DNA of 60,443 nucleotides, counting the filler, from Rhizaria sp. SCN 62-66 (taxonomy: Eukaryota), in assembly GCA_001724265.1 (NCBI GenBank). It is 2 parts of 2 records of this genome, joined end to end, with 100 filler letters (N's around TTAATTAATTAA, not from the genome) between each part and the next. Parts side by side here need not be neighbours in the genome. Positions count along the whole stretch, not along the records: positions 1 to 31,033 come from MEDY01000381.1; 1 more part is not named here. One strand, given 5' to 3'. Under the pieces are notes generated by a model, which worked only from the letters and a program-made list of their open reading frames with translations, had not been told where the DNA came from and ran no database searches. The position numbers and the translations under genes were made by a program. Shown here one piece after another: positions 1 to 12,593 of this stretch. Each line of letters opens with the position of its first letter. Within the stretch, counting starts at the first letter, position 1.

Positions 1-863
1 GTGGGCGCGGGGGGGCGCTCTGGGCGGGGGGCAGTCAGCGTTGCGGGGCAGGGGGCACACTGCTGCGGTGCAGAGGTGCCTGGGGGGTGCGGGAGGAGAC
101 GGCGCGGGGGCGGGGCGCGGCGGGGCGAGAAAGGGGGGTTGACGCGGAGGGGAGGGGCCGCAGTCGAGAGACCGTTGGTGGGGGGGGGAGTTGCTGACCA
201 GAGCGGTTGGGACGGGGCGTGTGGTGGAGGCCCGGAGGGGAAGATAAAAGACACGAAGGGAACGTGGGGACGCGGTGGGAAGTTAAAGCTGGGCTGTAGG
301 GAGTAGGATGAGGTGCAGCGGGGGGAACGCAGGAGAAAACAGGGGATGAACGTGAGCGACGAAGGCCGAGAAGGGGAGGGAAACGGGGAGCGCGAAAGGT
401 GGGTAGGACAAAATAATGTTTTTGAAGGACAAATCGCGTCATCAAGAGATGTCTTCGCTGGAAACGTGGAGAAGGTATATAACACCACCAATAATGTTGA
501 ACGAGCCTGCGTGCGTGACGGTCGGGCGCAGTATAACGTGCTTCAAAGAAAAGTTTCCCGGCGAGGGTCGCCGCGCCCTCACAGCTGAAATCAAGTTTGG
601 TGCGGGTCCTATCGGGGTCCATTGATAAATATACTGAATTATCGCGCCTTTTCCAAGTCTTTGCCGGAATTAAGAAAGAAAAGAAGCTCTCAAGACGACC
701 TACAGGTGCAATCCTGGACCATTCTTGTAAGTGGCCACTTATCACCTCCCCCACCGCGCCGTGCCGTCATCAGACGACCAACGAGACCGAGCTGGACCGA
801 AAAAAATTAGATTCGTGGTGGAAACATGTTTTGATTGGATATCGTGCTTTTCGTGTGCGAGTA

Positions 864-1086
864 TGTTACCGTCGACATTCTGCATAAAATTCCAGTCGAC
901 AGCTTTTGCCGGTCGCGATTTAAAGGTGGCGTTTCTTGTGTATACACACTTCGTTTTCCTGTGAACACAGACTCTCTTTTTCTATGNGCCACCTTTATAT
1001 ACCCGCCCCGAAACGACCGTGGGTGGTGTTTGTCCCAGTGTGAGCCTATGAGAGTTGGTATTTTATGCAGAATGTCGGTTGTGACA
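864..1086. mobile_element. Small TIR DNA transposon/MITE with TGT...ACA ends and 5-bp TSD; interior probably collapsed at N987
   Basis: Left end tgttaccgtcgacattctgcataaaattcca vs reverse complement of right end tgtcacaaccgacattctgcataaaatacca (~31-bp imperfect TIR). Identical flanking 5-mer GAGTA at 859-863 and 1087-1091. Inner motif taaaggtggc on both arms. A second copy of the right arm lies at the window end. Confidence 0.8.
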
Positions 1087-1154
1087 GAGTACAAGATTGA
1101 AACAAGTAAAAATGCGTTTACGCGCGTGTGTTGTATATATATAAAGCAGAGTAT

Positions 1155-2589
1155 TTACTTGAAGCTAACGACCTCAACGTCGAAAATGAGCGTCGCGTTA
1201 GACGGGATGGTCGGGGGAGAGCCTGCACAAATGATAACAATCAAACACGGAGCGAGAAAAACAACAGTATATGTGAAAAGATAATTACGTTATAATATAT
1301 AGTCACATTATCTAACTATTATTACACATTTAATAGTGAATTCAACGACACACATGCGTTCAGAGACATTTAGAAGTTGTCATTTCAAGTCACGAATCTG
1401 ACAAGAAAGACGAGTGATTGGACATTGTCGGTCGGACACGTACCAGCAGCGCCGTAGCCGTGAGCGGGCGGGATGATAATGCGGCGGCGGCCGCCCTTGC
1501 GCATGCCGAGCACGCCGAGGTCCATGCCGCGGATGACGTCGCCGGCGCCCACAGTGAAGGAGAGCGGGGATCCGCGGGGCATGTTGGAGTCGAAGACTTT
1601 GCCCGAGGGGAGCATGCCGGTGTAGCGCAGCATCACCTGCGAGCCGGACTTAATCTGCACAAGAATAACGCAGTACACACGTTAAAATAAAAGAAATAAA
1701 ACAAAAACACAGAGCGGAATCGTGAGAAATGCAATCAATAATGAAGCAAACAAAGCACATAAGGGCAACAACAGCTAAAAATAGAATACCATTGATCACA
1801 AAATCACAATATCTCAAAACATGGATATATATCGCGTGATTCGGCGGTCGGGGCATACCTGGGCGCCGGAGCCGATCTCCTCGTCGCGGAACTGCGTGCC
1901 GCCAGGAAGCACCTGCACTGGCGCGCTGGCGGGGACAGACCGCTCGGTCTTCTCGGCGGTCTTCGCGGGGATCGCGGCGGCGGGGGCCTTCTCAGCGGCC
2001 TTGACGGGGGTCGCGGCCTTCGCGGCGGCCTTCTCGGCCTTCTCGACCTTGGCAGGGGAGGCGGCGGGAGCGGCGGCGGCGGCGGCGTCCTTCTTAGAGC
2101 GCTTGACCTCGGGGCGAACGGGGGTCTCCTCGTCGTCATCCTCGTCGTCGTCGTCGCTCGCGGGGGTGCGCACGGCGGCCTTCTTGGACGCCGCGGCCGC
2201 CGCAGGCGCAGCAGCAGCAGCAGTGGCGGCGGCGGTGGAGGAGAGGAGGACGGAGACGCGGCCGGAGGCGGTGGTGAGCTTGCCGGCGGGGAAGGCGGCG
2301 TTGAGAGCCGTGGTGGAGACGGCGCCCGCAACGGCGACGACGCCTGAGAACGCGGGGGAGGAGAAGGAGAGCACGGCAGGGGAGATGTCGGTGTTGGAGA
2401 CGGACACGACGGTGAAGGGCGCAGACAGACTCACGGCCTTGCCCGCGGTGACCTGTATCGCGAGAAGAACAGCAGGCACAAGATAAAGAGCACAAGTTAG
2501 ATATAACACATGCCTAGAGATTTAGAACAGAATTGATTAGTGTTCAGTGATATGCGTACCTCGACGATAGAGCTGATCTTACTCGCCAT
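1155..2589 (-). CDS. FKBP-type peptidyl-prolyl isomerase with N-terminal nucleoplasmin-like, acidic and Lys/Ala-rich segments (FKBP53/Fpr3-Fpr4-like), ~300 aa, 4 exons
   Basis: Exons 2589-2560, 2452-1859, 1654-1444, 1222-1155 with GT-AG introns splice to a full FKBP domain (VMLRYTGMLPSGKVFDSN...GAGDVIRGMDLGVLGMRKGGRRRIIIPPAHGYG...IPSNATLIFDVEVV). Acidic DDDDEDDDEE tract. Stop TAA. The nucleoplasmin-like call rests on architecture only. Confidence 0.85.
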
Positions 2590-3051
2590 GGGGGACTGGA
2601 TAGGGAGCAACGGGTGGGTGCGCCACGGATTAGAAAGAATGTAAGCTCCAAATAAAAGCTGATGAAGAAATCGAATTAAAATGCAGTATGAAGTATGCGC
2701 AAAAAATACGACATGTGCATTGCAAAGCGAACAACGGAAAGATCATCGCACAACAATGGTGTTTTGAATATGCCTGCCGCTTGCCATGTCAGGCGCTGTC
2801 TCCCGGTCTGCAGACCGAAGCGACAGGTGCGTTTGTGGCGCTCGGCCAAGACTCCACGAGTCACATCAGGGAGCACTTGTGATCGTTCGTAAAATTGTGG
2901 TGTCGTTAAATTATATGTTATTTGGCGTTGATTTGATATGTACATTTCAATTTCACTACCCCTGACGAAGTAACCATCTCATGATCTCTCCTCAAAGTCT
3001 CCTTTTCCCCCACAGCCCTGCAAACGACGAAAGAGAGATCCCGTGCCCGCC

Positions 3052-6000
3052 ATGTCCGCCTCCCTGGCCCTCGTGCCATCTGTAGCGACAGTGCCCGGCT
3101 CAACTGCGGCGCTCGCGTCCAGCCTCGACGCCCTGTGCTGCGGCACTCCTGTCCTGCAGTCGACCGCGGCCCTGTCCCGCCGCTGCCAGGACGCTTGCCT
3201 CCGCGGCCACGGCCCCGCGCTCGCGGCCGCCGCGGCGGCGGGGCTCGCGCGCTGCGTCGACACCGTCGCGGCCAACCTCGCCACGCTCGCTGAGGACTTC
3301 CTCTCCGAGTCCGTGGCCACGGAGGCGTTTGCAGCGGGCCACCCGAGCGCCCCGCGCGCGCTGGCCCACGGCCCCCCGCTGCCGCCGCTGACTGTCCCCG
3401 GCGCGGCGCCGCTCTTCCCCCTCCCCTCCGCGGCCTCCGCCTCGACCGGCGCGGCGGCGGCAGTGGCGGCGGCGCCGAAGCTGTGCCCGCGGCGGTCGCT
3501 GGCGTTCCTCGCGCGCGTCGCCGCCGCGCTGGAGGGCCTCGGCGCCGTGACCGCCCGACTCGACGCGGTGCTGCCTCCATCGCTCTCGCTCACCCGCGCG
3601 GAGGCTGACGCGCACGGCCACGGACGCGACCGCGGCTACGAGCAGTCGCACTCGGACTCTAGCAGCTCAAGCTCGAGTGCGAGTGCGGGTGCGGGGGCCC
3701 AATCACCGACTCCGTCACAGTCGCTTGCCGTGGCGATACCAACGGTGATGCCGGAGTCGCGCCTGAGCCCCCCCGCTCCCCCCGCTCCGCTGCTGGCCCC
3801 CACTGCGCTGGCACTGGCGCTGGCAGGGCTGCCCAGCGCGGCCGCCTTTGCGCGGGCCCGGATCGCCACCGCGCTGCTCACAGTCACAGACCCACAGTCG
3901 GCGCACTCGCCATCGTCGTTATCATCATCATTGTCGTCGTCCTCGTCCTCGTTAACGCCTGCCATTGCTGCCAATTCTATCAATGAGGCCACCAGTGCTG
4001 CGGGTGCCGTCCTGATTGCCGTTGAAGCGGCGGCGGTGGCGTTAGTGGCCCCGGAGAGGGACAGGCGGGCCAAGCAAGCGCTCCAGCACGCGCGCGCTGG
4101 TGCGGTAGCGGCTCACGGTCACTCTCATAGTGCCCACGGTCCGTTGGCTATGAATGACGGTGAGAGTAGCATTAACAACCACCACACTGGTTTCGCGTCC
4201 GTTGACGGCGACCTCGCTGCCACCGCCGCAGCGGCCGCGGCGGCCGAGGGCCTGCTGCTGCTCTGTGGCCGCGGCCACTCGCTGGCGACGGCGCACACTG
4301 CCGCCGCGGCGAAGTATTATGCCACGCTGGCCCGCACGCACCTGTGGCCCCTCATCACTCAGAGCTACGACAATAACACCGACCCCAGCAGCAGCAGCAG
4401 CAACAGCAGCTGCAGGGCGAGTGCGAGCGAAACTGCTGATGCCGAGGCTAAGGCGGCGGCGGTGGCTGAGGCTGATGCTGTGGTGCTGGCTGCGGCTGTG
4501 ACGCGGGTGCTTGCAGCAGAGCACAGCCTCAGCCTCCCCATCACTTGCTCTAAAATCATCAACAACAACAACAACAGCAGCAACGGCAAGGCGAACACCA
4601 TGAATCGTACTGCCACTGCCGCTGCCGCGGCGACGGCGACGGCGGCCGGCAGCGGAGCCCTGGTGCCCGCGTCGGTGGCGCCGCTGACGGCGATCGCGGT
4701 GCTGTGCGGGTCCTGGGGCAACCGCTTCGCCCACACCCTTGCCTCGGTGCTGGGGCCGCTGCTGAGGTCAGCTCTGCGCGCCCTCCTCAGTGCCAGTGAA
4801 ACCGAGCCTAATACGAGCAGCGCGGCCTCGCGTGGCACACTAGACGCTCTAAGGGTGCTGGCTCCTCTGTGCGGCCAGCTCGAGGCCCTCGGGGGCGGTC
4901 CCGCAGCCGCCGCGTTTGTGATCCAAGAGCTCTCTGGCGTCATTGCTGAGACGGCAGCCACCGCCAACAACTGTCACACTCGCATCAGCCGCCGCAGCAG
5001 CATCAGCAGCAACAGCAGCCGTAACAACAGCATCAGTGCGGACAACAGCAACAACAGCAACACGGTAGCGCTGCCCAGCTCGTCTGTGGTGCCGCTGGCC
5101 GAGCTGATCGGCGGCGACGTCAGCTGCCCTGCACTTACCGCCACCCTCACCACGCTCAACAGCGACGGGCTCATCGTGGCCAAGACCGGCACCAGCGGCG
5201 CCGTCCGTTGCCGCAGCGGCGCCGGCGGGCTCTCGGCTCCCACCACGGCCACCGCCACCGCCGCCGCTGCGCCTGCGACTCCACTGGCGAACGCTATTGT
5301 GACGCTTGACGAATGCGGCGTGTTCGCTGCCTCTACCGCTATCACCAACAGCCACATCAACGCAAACAACAACAACAACAGCAGCAGCCGCGTCAAGAGC
5401 GACGCCGGCTCTGTCACCGCGAGTGAGTCTGCGATCAGCACAGGCGCCGCCGCCGGCTGGGCGCTGCTGCGGGGCCTCCGCGCGGCGCTGGCCCTGGCGC
5501 GCGGGCCGCTCGCCCCGCTCTCCGCGGCGCGCTCGAGCGCGGACGACGCCGCGGCGGCCGTGCTAGGCATTGCGGCGGACGGCAGCGGCGACCCCGCGCA
5601 CAGCGGGGGCGACGGCACTCACCGTGCGAAGAGCGCGGCCGCGGGTGTCAGCAAGGTTGTGACGGCGTTTGCACCCGCAGCCCAGCGCGCCGCCATCGCC
5701 GCACTCATCGATATCCATGGCCACGGCCACAACAGTCACACCCACGGCCACGGCCACAGCCACGGCCACGGTCACCCTAGCGCGGTTGTGTCAGCGGCCG
5801 TGGCCGTGGCGGAGGCCGAGGCGAGGCGCCGCGCCGTGGCGGCGCTAGCTCTGTGCGCCGATGCGGTGCTGCGTGGCGCATTGCCGTACAGCAGTCTCAG
5901 TCCAACTGCCTGCGATGTCAGCGCAGCGTCGAGTGCAAACAGTGACGACCGTCTAAGGAGTGTGCGCGCGCGTGTGAGTGCGCTGGTGCACCTGGGCAGG

Positions 6001-6775
6001 CTGATTGCTCTTCTGTGTCGCAAGAACAATATCATGAACGCTAATACCGGCGCGAGGGCAAACATGAGTATCAGCACCGCGGGAAAGAACGAGGAGACTG
6101 TCGCTGCGCTTGCAACGGCCTCACTGGCGCTGCTGCGCACTCGCATCCTTGCATCTCGCACGGCTACAATCTACAACACTCAGAAGGGCACGTGCGCAGT
6201 TGCTGCACAGGCTCGCGCGCTTGCTGCAACCGTGGCTCCGAAAAACTCCCCTCGCCGTCGCCGCCACGGCGCCGCCGCGTTTTCACTGCCCGTGGACGCC
6301 AACGCCGTGCCCGCAGTGCTCGCGGCCGCCGGCGTCACCTCCGCTCTCCTCGCGCCCGACACGGACTGCGACAACAGCTCACTTGCTAGTGTCGGTGCCA
6401 ACAGTGCGAGTGTGATTGAGAGTGCGAGCGAGGCGGTGGCGACGGGGCTGGCGCGGGCGGAGCGGGACGCCGCCGCCGACGCCGCGGCCGAGGCCGTCGC
6501 AGGCTCGGAGACCGAGACTGCGCTGCTAATCAGGCTCGCGCTCGCGCTGGCCGCGGGTCCACAGCCACACGAGTCTGCAACTGGCTCATAGTCGCTGGCG
6601 CAGGCCCACGCACTAGAGCTGGCCTTGGAGCTTCTGTGGGTGGCTGTGCTCGCCGGCTGTGGCGTGACCGGCTACGCGGCCACAGCGCTGCGCCTGCTTG
6701 CGGCCACCGTCCATGAGAGCGTGCGGCTCGAAGCAAGAGCAAACGAGGCAGCAGCAACGTCGCTGCAGCAGCAGC

Positions 6776-6810
<35 letters not shown>

Positions 6811-8391
6811 GCTAAGATTAGCAAGGCCCCCGCAGTCAGTCCTGGCGTCGATCTGAGTGTGACCATGTGCGCGCGCGCCGACTGGCCCGACCTCGCCACC
6901 GGCGCCCTGACGCTGCCGCTGAGCGCGGTCGCGGCCCAGAGCCGCGCCCCCGCACCCGCGCGACTGCCGGCCCCCGCTCTCCGCGCGACTGACTCGCATT
7001 CACAGTCGCAGTCACTACAACAACAGCGTGGGATGCGGTCTCCTCCCCCCTCATCCCACGCCAACAGCAGCAGCACGAGTATGAGCGGCTCGAGCGACTC
7101 CGACGCCGCAGTGCTCTGGGTTCCGAGTGAAATGCTCGCCGCGGCCCGCGCCCACTAGGCGCGGCTGACGGCGCAGGACACGGCCGTGGCGGCCGCGCGC
7201 GGCGTGCCCGGCGCGTCGCTCGCGCAGGCGGGCCGGTGCACCGAGTGGGTGTGGGACGCCCGGGCGGCGTGCACGGTCACGGCGCGCTTCCCCTCGGGTA
7301 CGTAAAGTCGAAATAACAAATATGAAATGATTTGTTGTATTTTCATGATATTACGGGTGATTCAGGCGATATTCTAAGTAATTATTTTGTCCACCTTTCT
7401 TCACTCTTTTAATTACTGCATCTTTCTGTGATACATGCGACTTAACTTAATAGGTGAGAAGTCCCTCATCGTGCCTGTGCCGGCCGCCATCGTGCTGGGC
7501 CTGTTTCCGTCGCCCCGCTCGCCCGCGCTCTCGCTGGCGGAGGTGCAGCGCCGCACAGGACTGCCCACTGCACTGGCCCGCGTTGCTCTGGCCTCATTGG
7601 CGACCCCGCTGGACCACAGCAACCCGGCCTCTGCTAGTACGTCGCTCTTGATTTCTCTCTTGATGCACTCAAACGTTTTTATTTGCGAGTGTAGAGATGT
7701 GCTCATGTTGATGCGTTATTGTTTTTGTGTGTTTTTAGTTTTGCTCTGCACCCCCACTTTGCGCGAGGCGAGCTGTCAGCTCGGCGGCGTGCCCGTGCCG
7801 ACGCTCGACTGCTGTTTCGGGCCCAACGCCGCGTTCAGCGCAGCGGAGCCAGTGCTCACAGTCACTTTCGCGAGGGCAGTGCTCGCTCTTGCCCTCCACG
7901 ATTGTGACCGTGACGCTCTCACAAACAGCAACGCTGGTTCTCTCAGGCACGGTCATCATCAGGCGAACACGGACGCTGACGTTGAGCTCAAGAAGCCGGC
8001 TCGGAGCTTTGCTCCTGCCCCTTCCAAGCCGGTGGTCACGAAGAGTCCTCACGGCGCTGGAATTGCCCGCAAAACTGTCATCGACGCCGCAGTCGTCCGC
8101 ATTCTCAAGCGTGTGAAGCGAATTGACTTTGGTTCACTTGGGTCCGCAGTCGTCGCAGCGATTCCGTGGATTCCTGGTGTGCCGAGCGTCTCTGAGTCCG
8201 ATGACGGCGAGCTGGCTGCGGACGTGCCTGCGGCAGCGGGCGCAAGTTTGACTGTGACGAAGGCGGAGCTGCTACGCTCTGTGGAGTGGCTGCAGGGAGA
8301 GGAGTACCTGACAATTCAGAAACAAGATGTGACTTCCAGTGGCGGTGGCAGCGGTAGCAAGTATGATATTGTAGTCACTTACGATGGCTAA
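3052..8391 (+). CDS. Highly divergent cullin-family protein, roughly 1,700 aa, with two in-frame TAG codons (6589, 7156)
   Basis: ORFs 3043-6591, 6625-7158 and 7159-7297 are in one frame separated only by TAG. Intron 7298-7453 joins ...TVTARFPSG|EKSLIVPVPAAIVLGLF. Cullin motifs: LSVTMCARADWP, VPSEM, GRCTEWVWD, and C-terminal neddylation domain RKTVIDAAVVRILKRVK...LLRSVEWLQGEEYL. Probable further intron from ~7637 with unresolved acceptor. 5' end uncertain (possible upstream exon spliced to the acceptor at 3015). Stop TAA. Confidence 0.8.
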
Positions 8392-8950
8392 TGACGAGAG
8401 TGAACAACTTACTGCTCTTGTTTTCTTCATCGCCAATGTTTAGTTATCTAGCTTTAAATAAATTACGCAGTTAACCAATGAAATCAACTTGGATAGTATG
8501 GTTGAAATCCAACTCACACTGCTTTATTTGGTAAGCAAAAGCGATACGCACGTAACAAATAAAGAGAAGCAAAGGCTGCTCAATATCAAGCATCAATGTC
8601 GGACCTTATATTCACGTTGAATCACTCTCGACAAGTCGCCTCCTGCTCAACCATCCGCACAACTTCTATGTTCGTATTTGCTGTGTGTTATCGTATGTGT
8701 AAGGAACCGAGTATGAGTCCAGTACTTTGGGACAATTCAGGGCATGTACACTGTTATTGTAAGACACATGGACAGTACAGCAGTCCAAATACACATGGCC
8801 CCACTACCTCGAAGTCGCAAAACAAAAACACGCGCATTGACGGCAACATGTGCTCTTTTGATCCTCGTCACTCGCTCACTCTTAAGCACCGATTCGTGTA
8901 CAGCAGCAGACTTTGCAGGCCACTTATCGATCACTCACGCAAGCAATCAC

Positions 8951-11339
8951 TCACTCGGACTTCCTGCCCTTCGCAGCCTTGAGTCCAGCATTTCCAGCGG
9001 CACCAACAGCCGTACTCGCACCCGCGTCGGCGGCGGCGCGCGGCCCCCGGCCCCTGCCCTCGCCTTGCTGGCCGCAGAGCCCCGCGGCCCATTCGCGCGT
9101 CCGCTGCCACGCCAAAGCACCGACGAACTTGCACACGTTCCACAGCCCGTGGCAGCTGCTCTTCGCCTTCAGGTCCGCCACGGTCTTGCCCCGTAGCGGG
9201 TCCACGGGCGCCTTGTCCGGCTTGTCCGCGTACAGGTCCAGCGGGCCCCCTGCGGCGAAGCCCGTGGCCGAGCCGCGCTGCGCCGTGACCTTGGCCAGCA
9301 ACTTGCGGTCCGCGGCGGCCGCGGCGGCGCGCACGCGGGCCAGCTCAGCCGCCGCCGTCGCGGCCTGCTTGCCCGCCTTGGCGCGCGCCGCAGCGTCCAC
9401 CCCGCGCTCCGCCGCGCCCTGCAGCAGCGACACGGCGAGCTTGAGGTCCGCCTCGGCCTCCTCGAAGCGCGACAGCGCCGCCAGCGCGACGCCGCGGAGC
9501 GCGCGGGCCTTGCCGTTGCCCGTGTCGCCCAGGTTGTCGATGGCGTCGGAGCACAGCGCGGCCACGGTCGCGTGGGCGCCCATCTTGGCGTTCACGACAG
9601 CCTGCGGTGACGAAACAATCACAACAAAGAAGCAGCATGGGAAAAAAATATGCAAAAATGAGATATTGTGCAATTATAAACCACAGCATTTTGAAAGAAA
9701 AAAATGTAGTGTGCAAAGTACAAGACTTAAATCCGTGTAATTCCAGTAAATATATCGTATTTCATTCAGACTTGTGATTTCTATAGGGCGGCAATCAGGG
9801 TTTGCACGTGAGAGCACGGACCTGGTTGACGAGGAAGAGTGAGGCGAGGCGCTTGTGCTCTGCGGGATGGCGCGCGCGCAAGTCCTGGTTCTCGAGTACG
9901 GTGAGCGCGCGCTGGTACTGGCGCAGTGCGGCCTGGAACTTGCCTTGCTGGAAGAGCGTCTGCCCGACCGCGCGGCGCGACTCGGCCCAAGTGAGCCGGC
10001 CGCGCGGGTCCAGCTCGTGCGCGTTGGGCTCCTTCTCGCAGCGGCCCACGGTCACAGCGAACTCGAGCGGCGCCGCGGGCGGCACCTCCTCGGGCTTCTT
10101 GGTCGCGGGGAAGCCGTAAGAGGGCGAGCAGCGGATCAGGGCCGAGTCCCCGACGTGGAGGGCTGACAACGCAACCTCGAGCCCGCGCGCGGACTGGGCG
10201 TGGCCGAGCATGATGTCCACCTCGTCCGCGCCCGAAGACACGAACTCGGTCGCGGCGTCGGCGGACAAGGGCGGCGGGGCCAGGGTGTCGGCCGAAGTGT
10301 AGGGCGGGTAGTAGCGCGCAGTGAGGGAAAAGCCCACGCGCGACAGAGGCTCGACGCGCTGGCGGGGCTCCGGTGCCGCACCCGCACTCGCGCTCGCAGT
10401 ATTGTTGTCATCACTGCCGTTGTTGTTGTTGTTGTCACTAGTGAGGAGGAGAATGACGTGATTGTCGGGTGTCACCGCAGTCCACAGGGGCCCGCCCGCG
10501 ACGCACTGCGTCGGGTCCTCGGCGCGCGGGGTGACGTACTGCGCGAACGGGGGGTACTTGTCGCTCACGACGCGCTTAGGCGGCTTGACTTTCTTCTCCT
10601 TCTTGGCGCTAGCATCGCCGTCGTTGCCATCGGCGTCAGCGTCAGCGTCGGAGTCGGAAGAGCTGGAGTCGGCGCCCGAAATGGGGGCGGCGCCGCGCAT
10701 CTTGTCCACCACGCCCTTCATCTGCTCGGCCGCGCCCTCCATCAGCGAGCGGATCGTGGCCCGCGCCTCGGCGGCGCGCGCGGCCTTGGCCTTCTCGAAC
10801 TCGGCGCGCCGCAGCAGCCGCGCGGCCTCTTCGTCCGACACGGCAGAGTCTGCGCCCACCGCGGCCACAGGCGCAGGTGCAGTCGCAGAGGCCGGGTCTG
10901 TCGCGTCGTTCGCGGTCGACTCGGAGTTGTTAGCGGCGGCAGCGGTGGCGACGAGGGAGTCGGTGTCCATGTCAAGAATGGCGTCGCTGTAGTCGCCAGC
11001 AGCAGCAGCAGTAGAAGTGGAATCGTCAGTGGTTGCCGCATCAGCATTGGCGGCATCAGCGTCGGAAAGGACGATGAACGGCTTCTCTGTCTCAATCTTG
11101 GAACCGGCCTTATCCTCAGCCTCAGCCTCAGCCTCAGCAGCCTCAGCCTCGGCTCCAACGGGATCAGCAGCAGCGGCAGCAGTAGCGCCGGCGCTGACCA
11201 CGACAGTGGCGGTGCCTGGCGCGTCCGTGTCCACCTCAAGAACGCTCTCGCCAGCGTCGATGTTTGAGTCACAGTCGTCGTAGTCGGCGTCGATGGGGGC
11301 CGGGGACGGCGGCGACGCCGCGCGCGGGGGCGACGACAT
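8951..11339 (-). CDS. FKBP-domain plus TPR-repeat immunophilin-like protein, ~722 aa, 2 exons
   Basis: Degenerate FKBP domain (IMLGHAQSARGLEVALSALHVGDSALIRCSPSYGF...VPPAAPLEFAVTV) followed by TPR helices (RRAVGQTLFQQGKFQAALRQYQRAL...; GKARALRGVALAALSRFEEAEADLKLA). Intron 9821-9602. Acidic N-terminus. Stop TGA. Confidence 0.85.
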
Positions 11340-11841
11340 GCCGAGGGACTGCGGGGGTAGCGGTGCGGAAGCAGTGGCAGGGCGAGTCAAGGGGAGTGAG
11401 ACGAACGGGAAATGAAGAGCGGGGGACGCAGAGCACGTGTGAGGAGTGTCTCGAAGAAAAATCGGCGTGGCGTGCAGAAGCGATAGATCGGCTTTACGAA
11501 GAAAGAAAATTTGGAATAATAGCCAAAAATTAATATAAATGTCGGTCTTTTATGAATTAAGTGCATCTCACGATCGCTTTATAGGCATTTCATACTTTTT
11601 AGTTCCAGGCTCCAGCCCGCTCCAGCAGCACCACAAACGCTTTGCAGCGTCAGCATGCAGCGTCAGCATCAACTCTTTGGGCGCGTCTATCGCCTGCCCG
11701 TCGGGGGCTGTGAACAAAAATTCAACAGTAAAGCACAGGTCACGTCTCAATAAACACTCCAGCATGTTTTTTTAAGTTCTGGCCCCTCATCTCAGTGCGT
11801 TAATCCGCCTTGGTATGACGGCGACATCAACTCGAAGGAGC

Positions 11842-12411
11842 TCAGTTCGCCTCGTCATCGTCGTCGTCGCTCGAGTCGAGGTTGCCGATGTTGTTCTCCT
11901 CCTCATCGCCCTCGTCCGCGCCCTCCTCGACCGCGCGGCGCACCCACTCACGTTCCTCGGCCTCGAGCGCCGCCGCCGCCGCAGCCTCTGTCGCGATCAA
12001 CTCCTCGTCCTCGTTGATATCTTTGGCAGCAGCAGCTGTTGCAGCTGCCTTGGGGGGCGGAGGGGACAGGAAGCGAGGCGACCCGCGCGTGATGAGCAGG
12101 CGCGCGACGCGCCGAGCGACCTTGCCGCGGCGCAGCGCCCCGTCGCGCGGCAGGCGCCCGCGCTGGTCCCTCTGGTCGGCGCGCGCGCCCGCGTCGAGCA
12201 GCGCCTCGGCGAGCCGGGCGCGGCCCTTGTAGGCGGCCAGGTGCAGCGGCAGCGTTGGGTTCCCACCCTCGTCGTCGACCTCGCCCGTCGCAGAGGCGCC
12301 CGTGGAGAGCAGATTGAGCAAGGCCGCGGTCGGCACGGAGCGGAGAATCGCGGAGCGCAGGCGCGACTGCTGCTCGAAGGTCGGCTGGCCAAGCTGTGGT
12401 GGCGGGTCCAT
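11842..12411 (-). CDS. Small ankyrin-repeat protein with acidic C-terminus, ~189 aa
   Basis: PLHLAAYKGRARLAEALLDAGARADQRDQRGRLP ankyrin consensus; ATG at 12411; stop TGA. Confidence 0.75.
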   Translation of the reverse strand: MDPPPQLGQPTFEQQSRLRSAILRSVPTAALLNLLSTGASATGEVDDEGGNPTLPLHLAAYKGRARLAEALLDAGARADQRDQRGRLPRDGALRRGKVARRVARLLITRGSPRFLSPPPPKAAATAAAAKDINEDEELIATEAAAAAALEAEEREWVRRAVEEGADEGDEEENNIGNLDSSDDDDDEAN

Positions 12412-12593
12412 GGGGGGTCCTGTTTGGGTCACAGCGGGCGGAGTGAAAAGTGCCGGAATACAGCGCAGATGTGTTTGTAATGAGAAAATGAAAATTGAAA
12501 TATAGTTTAAGTTGAAAAAACTCTATTGCAGTACAATAACCCGCTCACTGACGGACGTATTCACACTTTCCATATTGGCTCCGGTAGTCAGCC

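Noticed and set aside
1-860. ORFs and G-rich tract at the window start
   Set aside because: No recognisable domain. Probably the promoter/5' region of a minus-strand gene outside the window; G4 potential alone is uninformative.
6589-7158. Pseudogenes or tiny introns as the explanation for the in-frame TAGs
   Set aside because: There are no frameshifts or TAA/TGA interruptions and key residues are intact. Real introns here are AT-rich and about 100-220 nt, whereas the TAG flanks are open and coding-like. Not formally excluded without RNA data.
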